In this document: positions 1-6,998 of the stretch, one piece after another | How the letters are laid out: the number at the start of each line of letters is the position of its first letter | Numbering within the stretch: position 1 is the first letter of the stretch | Origin: Flavobacteriaceae bacterium UBA2000 | GTDB lineage: Bacteria; Bacteroidota; Bacteroidia; Flavobacteriales; Flavobacteriaceae | Assembly (NCBI GenBank): GCA_002335345.1 | Contig: DDCS01000005.1 | Span: 1 to 32,574 of the forward strand | DNA: 32,574 bases | Direction: 5' to 3' | Translations under genes and position numbers: made by a program | The notes under the pieces: generated by a model | Seen by the model: only the letters and a program-made list of their open reading frames with translations | What the model was told of the DNA's origin: nothing | Databases searched by the model: none

Positions 1-4
1 AGGC

Positions 5-346
5 ATGCGAACATTTTTATTATTCGGGCTGCTTTTTGGTCTTCTCTCTCAAAATATCTGGAGTCAAAAAGTATTCAGTACGGAATATGCCCATCAGGCG
101 GATCTTAAAGTATTTGTCGTGGATTATGCCCACCAGGCGGACTTATCTGTTTATCGTGTGGATTATGCCCATCAAGTCAAGGGAAACGAAGGGCTTTGGT
201 TCTTTACTGCATATCTCCATCAAGCGGATAAGTTGGTTTTTTTCGTGGATCATGCCCATCAGGCAGACCTCCAGGTGTATTTTGTCGATTATGCCCATCA
301 AGCCCATTGGCGCACCGCTTCTAAAAAACATCTGATGTTTCGCTGA
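5..346 (+). CDS. secreted tandem-repeat protein, DUF6150-like
   Basis: N-terminal signal-like segment MRTFLLFGLLFGLLSQNIWSQ. It is followed by six ~13-aa units of the type [DE]YAHQADLxV[FY]xV, one of them interrupted by a GNEGLWFF insert. I recall this pattern from small Bacteroidota proteins of unknown function. Confidence 0.6.
   Translation: MRTFLLFGLLFGLLSQNIWSQKVFSTEYAHQADLKVFVVDYAHQADLSVYRVDYAHQVKGNEGLWFFTAYLHQADKLVFFVDHAHQADLQVYFVDYAHQAHWRTASKKHLMFR
86..310 (+). repeat. in-frame tandem DNA repeat (39-nt period, one 48-nt unit) inside the DUF6150-like gene
   Basis: The unit TATGCCCAyCArGCrGA recurs with starts at 86, 125, 164, (212), 251 and 290. The repeat stays in the coding frame. 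Confidence 0.8.
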
Positions 347-361
347 CCTTTTGGTTTTCGT

Positions 362-369
362 TATCTTTG
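362..369 (+). promoter_or_regulatory. Bacteroidota-type -7 promoter box TATCTTTG upstream of mvaD
   Basis: Exact match to the TAnnTTTG consensus, ending 27 nt before the ATG at 396. No clear -33 TTG at canonical spacing. Confidence 0.45.
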
Positions 370-395
370 CGACGGTCTTCATTAATACATCGCCC

Positions 396-1514
396 ATGAT
401 TACAGCATCTTTTTTGACACTGCCTCAGCTTGAACTTCCGAGTGCGCGTGGGTCAATAACGGTAACGGCACCGAGCAATATCGCTTTAGTGAAATATTGG
501 GGTAAATCTCAGGGACAAATTCCAAAAAATGCGAGTATTAGTTTTACGCTGAGTAATTGTCTCACAAAGACCACTTTGAGCTACACTCCATTTTCTGAGC
601 AATCAAAGGAGTCACAAGGCATAGGTCGTGCGCTTGATCATTCAAACTTTGAAGTTTTTGTAGAAGGAAGCGCTAAGCCAGAATTTGCGCCGAAAATTGC
701 TACTTTTTTTAATCGAATTGAAGCGCATATGCCATGGATCAGATCGTTTCAATGGCGAATCGATACAGAAAATACATTTCCGCATGGCAGCGGCATAGCC
801 AGTTCCGCCAGTGGATTTGCTGCCTTAGCCGGGGCCCTCATGGAATTAGAAAATTCTTGGTCCTTGCACCCCTTAACTCCTGAATTACGTGCTCAGAAGA
901 CTTCTTTTTTAGCGCGATTAGGCAGTGGTAGTGCGTCCCGCTCAGTACTCGGGCCTCTGATGTATTGGGGAGCACACCCCGCGTTGCCTGCATCAAGCGA
1001 TTTATATGCTTGCGTTTTGGAACATGAGGTTCATGCGGTGTTCAAAAATTACAAAGACACCATCCTTTTGGTCGATCAAGGAGAGAAAGAAGTCAGCAGT
1101 ACCCTGGGCCATAATTTAATGCATGATCATCCCTTTGCTCATCAGCGTTTTGAACAGGCCCAAGCCAATCTCAAGAAGCTTCTCACTGTTTTGGCCAACG
1201 GAGACACCCAAGAGTTTTGTGCCCTAGTCGAGTCCGAGGCCTTGTCGCTCCACGCCATGATGATGACCTCAAATCCCTCTTATTTGCTCATGAAGCCCAA
1301 TACCCTTGCGATCATTGAAAAGATTCGTTTATTCAGACGCACCCAGAACGTTCCCGTTTGTTTTACGCTTGACGCCGGAGCCAATGTGCACCTGTTGTAC
1401 CCCGCTGATTTTACCCCACAGCTTATGCCCTGGATTAAAAATGATTTGAGCCAACATTGTCAAGGCGGTCAATTTATTGAGGATCAAGTTGGTCAGGGCG
1501 TTAAAAAAGTCTAA
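396..1514 (+). CDS. mvaD: diphosphomevalonate decarboxylase (GHMP family)
   Basis: Motifs ITVTAPSNIALVKYWGK, HGSGIASSASGFAALA, LGSGSASRS and FTLDAGANVHLL are typical of MVD. I chose the start at 396 (MITASF...) because the 351 ATG lies upstream of the -7 box. Confidence 0.85.
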   Translation: MITASFLTLPQLELPSARGSITVTAPSNIALVKYWGKSQGQIPKNASISFTLSNCLTKTTLSYTPFSEQSKESQGIGRALDHSNFEVFVEGSAKPEFAPKIATFFNRIEAHMPWIRSFQWRIDTENTFPHGSGIASSASGFAALAGALMELENSWSLHPLTPELRAQKTSFLARLGSGSASRSVLGPLMYWGAHPALPASSDLYACVLEHEVHAVFKNYKDTILLVDQGEKEVSSTLGHNLMHDHPFAHQRFEQAQANLKKLLTVLANGDTQEFCALVESEALSLHAMMMTSNPSYLLMKPNTLAIIEKIRLFRRTQNVPVCFTLDAGANVHLLYPADFTPQLMPWIKNDLSQHCQGGQFIEDQVGQGVKKV

Positions 1515-1533
1515 TTTTACCACAAAAGATGCC

Positions 1534-2469
1534 ATGAAAGGACCTTTATTTTACTCGAAAATATTACTCTTTGGAGAATACGGCATCATCAAAGATTCCA
1601 AGGGGCTTTCCATACCGTATAATTTTTACAAAGGGGCCTTGATTATTCCGGATGTTGAAACTCCAGAAACCAAAAAGTCCAACACGCATTTAACCGCGTT
1701 TTGTGCTTACTTAGCCCAGATAGAACAAGGCGATCAACCATTGACACGTTTCAACCTGACTCAAATGACTCAAGATCTTTCCCAAGGGATGTATTTTGAC
1801 TCAAGTATTCCTCAGGGTTATGGTGTGGGCAGTAGCGGAGCGCTTGTCGCCGCCATTTACGATCGTTATGCGATCGACAAAATAACCGTTTTAGAAAACC
1901 TGACCCGTGAAAAACTTTTGACCTTAAAAGCGGCTTTTGCCCAGATGGAGTCATTTTTCCACGGAAAATCCTCTGGCCTTGATCCACTGAATAGTTATTT
2001 GAGTTTGCCCATCTTGATCAACTCCCAGGAACATATTGAACCGGCAGGAATCCCGTCGCAAACCAATACTGGAGGGGCCGTATTTTTGCTCGACAGCGGA
2101 ATGACAGGGGAAACGGCACCTATGGTCCAGTTATTCATGGAAAAAATGAAGCACGAGGGATTTCGGAGCATGCTGAAAAATGAATTTGTCACCTATACTG
2201 ATTGCTGTGTCGAGGATTTCTTAAAGGGAGATGTTGGGTCACTCTTTGGCAATATTAAACGACTCTCTAAAGTCGTTTTAGATCACTTTCAGCCGATGAT
2301 CCCGATACAATTTCATGAGCTCTGGCAACGCGGTTTAGAAACCAACGCATACTACTTAAAGCTTTGTGGCTCAGGCGGCGGAGGCTATATGCTCGGATTT
2401 ACCCAAGATTTAGATCAAGCTAAAGCGGTCTTGAAAGATTACAAACTCGAGGTAGTCTATCAATTTTAG
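1534..2469 (+). CDS. GHMP-family kinase of the mevalonate pathway (mevalonate or phosphomevalonate kinase)
   Basis: N-terminal SKILLFGEYGIIKDSKG, GHMP ATP motif IPQGYGVGSSGALVAAI, and C-terminal KLCGSGGGGYMLGF. The start at 1534 (MKGPLFY) avoids a 38-nt overlap with mvaD. Confidence 0.7.
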   Translation: MKGPLFYSKILLFGEYGIIKDSKGLSIPYNFYKGALIIPDVETPETKKSNTHLTAFCAYLAQIEQGDQPLTRFNLTQMTQDLSQGMYFDSSIPQGYGVGSSGALVAAIYDRYAIDKITVLENLTREKLLTLKAAFAQMESFFHGKSSGLDPLNSYLSLPILINSQEHIEPAGIPSQTNTGGAVFLLDSGMTGETAPMVQLFMEKMKHEGFRSMLKNEFVTYTDCCVEDFLKGDVGSLFGNIKRLSKVVLDHFQPMIPIQFHELWQRGLETNAYYLKLCGSGGGGYMLGFTQDLDQAKAVLKDYKLEVVYQF

Positions 2470-2487
2470 CCTTAAAACATCGGGCTC

Positions 2488-3393
2488 ATGGTCTCACGCC
2501 CTCAAAAAATAATTTTGCTCAAACTACTTAGTCTAGTCTCTGTAGTACGTGGTTATGCCATTGCGCTGATGATCGCAGCGCAGTTATTCACCGCAGCATT
2601 TATTTTGTCTCCTGAAGCGCCCCTGAGCGAGGTATTGTTATCGGGAAACTTATGGTGGCTTATTTTGGCTACGGCATTATCCATCGCTGGAGGCTATATC
2701 ATCAATAATTTTTACGATCAAGAGAAGGACTTGATCAATCGTCCTCGACGAAGTAAACTCGATCAAATGTTGCGTCAGCAGACCAAACTTTCAGGGTATT
2801 TTATCCTCAATTTTGCTTCTGTTCTGGCCGCTAGTGCGGTTTCATTTCAGGCGGCTCTTTTTTTTTCTGGGTTTATATTTTTGATGTGGTATTACTCACA
2901 CCGACTCAAAAAAATCATCTTTATAGGCAATTTGACCTCAGCAATTTTGTCGGTCATGCCCCTTTTTATCTTGGTGGTTTATTTTAAATCCTTCTCTTCG
3001 ATTATTGTGGTTCATGCTTGCTTTTTGTTGCTTCTTTTGGCTTCACGGGAATTGCTCAAGGACCTTGAAAATTTAACCGGGGATTTAGTTCTCGGGTATA
3101 AAACCATTCCCGTGGTGTATGGAGTTCGCTGGGCTAAAATTATCGGGATTCTTTTGATTGCACTGACCTTCGTGCCGTCTATGGTCTTGATTTTGTATTA
3201 CGATATTCACGCCATGCGCTATTACTTTTATATGACGATGGCTATTCTGCCCTATGGGGCCTTATTGTTGTGGCGTGCCAGGGAGCGGCGGGATTACTTG
3301 GTCTTACACGCCTTGCTAAGGTTGGGGATCATTGTGGGGGTATTTAGTATCGTTTTACTCAATCCCGAACGACTCATTTACGGTTGGTTTTAA
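2488..3393 (+). CDS. UbiA-family polyprenyltransferase (DGGGP-synthase-like)
   Basis: Multi-pass membrane protein. First Asp-rich motif NNFYDQEKDLINRP, second motif KDLENLTGDLVLGYKTIPV. It follows the mevalonate genes with an 18-nt gap. Confidence 0.75.
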   Translation: MVSRPQKIILLKLLSLVSVVRGYAIALMIAAQLFTAAFILSPEAPLSEVLLSGNLWWLILATALSIAGGYIINNFYDQEKDLINRPRRSKLDQMLRQQTKLSGYFILNFASVLAASAVSFQAALFFSGFIFLMWYYSHRLKKIIFIGNLTSAILSVMPLFILVVYFKSFSSIIVVHACFLLLLLASRELLKDLENLTGDLVLGYKTIPVVYGVRWAKIIGILLIALTFVPSMVLILYYDIHAMRYYFYMTMAILPYGALLLWRARERRDYLVLHALLRLGIIVGVFSIVLLNPERLIYGWF

Positions 3394-3446
3394 ATCGCTG
3401 CAAAAAGAAGTCGCTCAAGTCAAAGGAAGAGACATTTTTTATTGTC

Positions 3447-3454
3447 TATCTTTG
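3447..3454 (+). promoter_or_regulatory. -7 promoter box TATCTTTG upstream of the pseudouridine-synthase-like gene
   Basis: Exact TAnnTTTG ending 26 nt before the ATG at 3481. Same octamer as at 362 and nearly the same spacing (27 nt there). Confidence 0.45.
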
Positions 3455-3480
3455 TGCCCTAAATTCAATTCACCCAACTA

Positions 3481-4347
3481 ATGGTTAAGAAAAAAAGTGG
3501 TTCGCCCAAGGCGACATCGGCCACCCGTAAACCTACAGGAGATCGTCCTGTTCAAAAAAACAGGAAGCCACTTGGTCAAGGGGGGCAAGGGGGTAAAGGG
3601 GGACGGCCTACTTTTACAAAACCTCAAAAAGTGACTGAACCTAAGCGTGATGGGACACGCCTGAATAAGTTTATCGCCAATAGCGGGGTTTGTTCTCGTC
3701 GTGAGGCCGATACTTATATTGCTTCAGGCTTAGTGACTGTGAATAATAAAGTGGTCAATACTATGGGCTACCTGGTACAAGCAGGCGACGAGGTCAAATT
3801 TGATGGCCGTCGATTGCAGCAAGAGCCTCCGACCTATGTTTTACTCAATAAACCAAAGGCAGTGGCTTCGACCACAAGTGAGTCCAAGGGGTTAACCGTA
3901 ATGGATTTGATTGCCAATGCGACAAATGCCCGAGTAGCCCCAGTAGGACGATTAGGCCGCAATGCGACGGGATTGTTTTTATTTACCAATGATGATCGCC
4001 TCATGAATAAGTTACACAAAAAGGGTTTGCCGAGACTCTTTCATGTGGAGCTCAATAAAAATCTAAAAAATGAGGACTTACTCAAGATAAGAGAAGGTCA
4101 AAGTGTCGATGGCCGCACAGTAATTGTTGAGGAAGTGAGTTATGTCGCTAACGCCGCGAAAAAAGAGGTGGGATTGCGAATTAAGAACATGGGCAGTAGC
4201 ATTATTAGAGAGCTGTTCGAGCACTTGGGCTACCAAGTGGTTAAAGTCGATTGTGTCGCCTTGGCCCACCTGACCAAAAAAGATCTTCCGAGAGGGCGTT
4301 ATCGTCATCTAAACGATGATGAAATAAGCTTATTTTCAATGCTTTAA
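3481..4347 (+). CDS. RluB/RsuA-family pseudouridine-synthase homologue with S4 domain and degenerate catalytic motifs
   Basis: K/R/G-rich N-terminal tail. S4 domain RLNKFIANSGVCSRREADTYIASGLVTVNNKVV. Core PVGRLGRNATGLFLFTNDD, where family members have GRLD. Confidence 0.8.
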   Translation: MVKKKSGSPKATSATRKPTGDRPVQKNRKPLGQGGQGGKGGRPTFTKPQKVTEPKRDGTRLNKFIANSGVCSRREADTYIASGLVTVNNKVVNTMGYLVQAGDEVKFDGRRLQQEPPTYVLLNKPKAVASTTSESKGLTVMDLIANATNARVAPVGRLGRNATGLFLFTNDDRLMNKLHKKGLPRLFHVELNKNLKNEDLLKIREGQSVDGRTVIVEEVSYVANAAKKEVGLRIKNMGSSIIRELFEHLGYQVVKVDCVALAHLTKKDLPRGRYRHLNDDEISLFSML

Positions 4348-4386
4348 AATAGAATTAGAGCAGTTTATTTTTTTTAAACATTTTGC

Positions 4387-4414
4387 TTGTTTTTCAAAAA
4401 ATAAATTACATTTG
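4387..4414 (+). promoter_or_regulatory. candidate Bacteroidota promoter (TTG, 17-nt spacer, TACATTTG)
   Basis: TTG at 4387-4389 and an exact TAnnTTTG at 4407-4414. The predicted TSS is near 4421, about 255 nt before speA. Confidence 0.45.
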
Positions 4415-4464
4415 CCCTGTTTCTTAGCTGAACGAGTGAACCAAGTTTCTACCTTCGGGTTTTT

Positions 4465-4540
4465 GAAAAAAAGGAAGTCATATTCAAAAACTGCTTACCA
4501 GGTAAGCGACCGAAATTTAAAGCTAGCTTCCGTTTTTTTG
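4465..4540 (+). promoter_or_regulatory. structured element ending in a U7 tract (attenuator, terminator or small-RNA 3' end candidate)
   Basis: A7-GGAAG (4466-4477) pairs with CTTCC-g-T7 (4527-4539). This encloses the hairpin GCTTAC-cag-GTAAGC (4493-4507) and the palindrome AAGCTAGCTT (4520-4529). Confidence 0.3.
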
Positions 4541-4675
4541 ATTCCGCGCACCGCTCATCTTTTACGCAAAAAGATCTGGGCTTTGTTGCCAATAATTGTA
4601 TGAGTTACTTCATATTTTACTCTTAATCACAATTATTATTAACACCGCTTATTTTCGGTAAGGCAACAAAAATAA

Positions 4676-6073
4676 ATGAACACAAAATACATTGATCTCA
4701 TCGATCAGACTTACGAGTTTCCTCAAGAAGAATTCAAACTTGATGGAGACCATCTAAAATTTCACGATATTGATTTAATGAATTTGGTTGAAACCTATGG
4801 CGCGCCGCTAAAGTTCACCTATCTGCCAAAAATTTCAGAAAATATCCAAAGGGCTAAGACTTGGTTTGCCCGTGCGATTGAAAAGCACGATTATAAGGGC
4901 ACTTACAATTATAGTTACTGTACCAAAAGTTCTCATTTTAAACACATCTTAGTCGAGGCCCTGAGCAACGATATTCACATTGAGACCTCATCGGCCTACG
5001 ATATCAATATCGTAGAGAATCTCAAGGAAGAGGGTAAAATCACCAAGGACACCTTTGTGATTTGTAATGGATTCAAGCGTGAGGAATACATCGAGAACAT
5101 AGGACGTTTGATTAACTCCGGCCATGAGAATTGTATCCCAATAATTGATAATTACGAAGAACTAGCACTTTTAGGTGATGCCATTGAGCGTGACTTTAAG
5201 ATCGGTATTCGTATTGCCTCAGAAGAAGAACCAAAATTTGAGTTTTATACTTCGAGATTGGGTATTGGTTATAAAAACATCGTTCCTTTTTATGAAGACC
5301 AAGTCAAGTATAATGACAAGGTAGAATTAAAAATGCTTCACTTTTTCATCAATACGGGGATTAAGGATAATGCGTATTATTGGAATGAGCTCCTGAAGTG
5401 TCTCAAGGTCTACACCAAATTGAAGAAAGTCTGCCCCACCTTAGACAGTCTTAATATTGGGGGTGGATTCCCTATAAAAAATTCACTGGCCTTTGATTAT
5501 GATTACAATTACATGATTGATGAAATCATCAATCAAATCAATATCACTTGTGCCTCAGAAGGGGTCCCTGTTCCGCATATCTTTACTGAATTTGGCAGTT
5601 TTACTGTAGGAGAGAGTGGCGGAGCGATTTATGAGATTCTGCATCAAAAGCAGCAGAACGATCGTGAAAAGTGGAATATGATCAATTCATCATTTATCAC
5701 CACCCTGCCGGATACTTGGGCCATCAATAAGCGATTTATTATGCTGGCTGTAAATCGTTGGTATGATGAATATGAACGTGTGCTTTTGGGAGGCTTAACT
5801 TGTGATAGCGATGATTATTACAATAGTGAACAACACGTGAATGCTATTTATTTGCCTAAGTTTAAAAAAGACAGGCCATTGTACATAGGATTCTTTAACA
5901 CCGGGGCCTATCAAGAATCCATAGGGGGCTTCGGTGGATTACAACACTGTTTAATCCCATCACCAAAACATATTTTAATTCAAAAAGATTCCGAAGGAAA
6001 ACTAGAAACTTCGGTATTTACGCCACAGCAAACAAGCGAACAATTACTATCAATTTTAGGTTATGAGCACTAG
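4676..6073 (+). CDS. speA: arginine decarboxylase (PLP-dependent, alanine-racemase fold)
   Basis: PLP-Lys region YSYCTKSS, LNIGGGFPI, TEFGSFTVGESG and GGLTCDSDD. Followed directly by agmatinase. Confidence 0.85.
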   Translation: MNTKYIDLIDQTYEFPQEEFKLDGDHLKFHDIDLMNLVETYGAPLKFTYLPKISENIQRAKTWFARAIEKHDYKGTYNYSYCTKSSHFKHILVEALSNDIHIETSSAYDINIVENLKEEGKITKDTFVICNGFKREEYIENIGRLINSGHENCIPIIDNYEELALLGDAIERDFKIGIRIASEEEPKFEFYTSRLGIGYKNIVPFYEDQVKYNDKVELKMLHFFINTGIKDNAYYWNELLKCLKVYTKLKKVCPTLDSLNIGGGFPIKNSLAFDYDYNYMIDEIINQINITCASEGVPVPHIFTEFGSFTVGESGGAIYEILHQKQQNDREKWNMINSSFITTLPDTWAINKRFIMLAVNRWYDEYERVLLGGLTCDSDDYYNSEQHVNAIYLPKFKKDRPLYIGFFNTGAYQESIGGFGGLQHCLIPSPKHILIQKDSEGKLETSVFTPQQTSEQLLSILGYEH

Positions 6074-6998
6074 AACTTATGCGGGAATCCCTGCAGCTTA
6101 CAGCAGTCTTGACACGAGTAAAATCGTTTTAATTCCCGTGCCTTACGACGGAACCAGTACCTGGCAAAAAGGGGCTGATAAAGGCCCAGAGGCTTTTTTA
6201 AGAGCCTCTGAGAACATGGAGTTATACGATATTGAAACCGAAAGCGAGGTTTACAAGCAAGGCGTGTATTTGGCCGATGCCATTGACGAGAAGAGCAGTC
6301 CTGAGGCAGTAGTTGCCAAGGTTCATAAAACAGTAAAGGAATATATTCTACGCAATAAATTTGTGACCATTTTTGGTGGCGAACACAGTATTTCTATTGG
6401 GACAATTCGGGCATTTAACGAATGTTTTGATGACTTAACTGTTTTGCATATCGATGCACACGCAGATTTGCGTGCGACCTATGAGGGCTCTACGTGTAAC
6501 CACGCCTGTGCAGTTTATGAAGCCAGTCAAACGACCAATTTGGTTCAAGTGGGTATTCGCAGTATGGATGTTGCAGAGACTACGGTCATGGATCCGGAGA
6601 AAACATGGTTTGCTCATGAAATGGTGAGTGAAGAATACTGGATGGATAGTGTTATTGAGGCTCTTGGCGAGAATGTATTTATCACCTTTGACCTCGACGC
6701 CTTTGATCCTTCGATTATGCCTTCTACAGGAACGCCTGAGCCAGGAGGCTTGCTCTGGTACGAAACCCTTGACTTTTTGCGTCGTGTATTTGAGCAGCGC
6801 AATGTGGTTGGGTTTGACATAGTGGAGCTCTGTCCAAGAGAAGAGGAAAAAAGTTCTGATTTTTTGGCGGCGAAACTTTATTACAAAATGTTATCCTATA
6901 AATTTGATGGCATTGATTCTGAAGATACTTTTGAAAGTAACTTTAATGAAACCTTCAAAAAATCTCTGCCTAAATTTAACAGCGAAAGCGATGAGTAA
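6063..6998 (+). CDS. speB: agmatinase (ureohydrolase family)
   Basis: Mn-binding motifs GGEHSIS, HIDAHADLR, FDLDAFDPS and GFDIVEL. The start overlaps the speA end by 11 nt. Confidence 0.9.
   Translation: MSTRTYAGIPAAYSSLDTSKIVLIPVPYDGTSTWQKGADKGPEAFLRASENMELYDIETESEVYKQGVYLADAIDEKSSPEAVVAKVHKTVKEYILRNKFVTIFGGEHSISIGTIRAFNECFDDLTVLHIDAHADLRATYEGSTCNHACAVYEASQTTNLVQVGIRSMDVAETTVMDPEKTWFAHEMVSEEYWMDSVIEALGENVFITFDLDAFDPSIMPSTGTPEPGGLLWYETLDFLRRVFEQRNVVGFDIVELCPREEEKSSDFLAAKLYYKMLSYKFDGIDSEDTFESNFNETFKKSLPKFNSESDE

Noticed and set aside
86-310. Regularly spaced 39-nt repeats that might suggest a CRISPR array or satellite
   Set aside because: The units are contiguous with no unique spacers. They stay in frame within a plausible secreted protein and diverge mainly at synonymous or conservative positions, so this is a coding tandem repeat.
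351-395. Longer N-terminal extensions offered by the ORF track (mvaD from 351, kinase from 1477, DHS-like from 6904, TolB-like from 11316, peptidase from 11216, LpxR-like from 13509, rhodanese from 20690)
   Set aside because: Each extension would overlap the upstream gene or run through a promoter box. Each downstream ATG gives a proper family N-terminus, signal peptide or lipobox, or a compact stop/start junction.
36-397. Alternative-frame and antisense ORFs (36..335 +, 143..397 -) across the first gene
   Set aside because: They are shadows of the 39-nt in-frame repeat. Only frame 5..346 gives a signal peptide plus a regular 13-aa repeat.
4441-4465. Short hairpin ACC-uucg-GGU followed by UUUU as a terminator of the pseudouridine-synthase-like gene
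   Set aside because: The stem is only 3 bp and lies about 100 nt past the stop and downstream of a promoter. It is too weak to call.
4412-4603. 63-aa ORF in the speA upstream region
   Set aside because: It begins inside the -7 box and spans the hairpins and the U7 tract. Its composition (K/L/F/R-rich) is what AT-rich non-coding sequence gives by chance. I treated it as non-coding leader or sRNA sequence, though a small peptide cannot be fully excluded.
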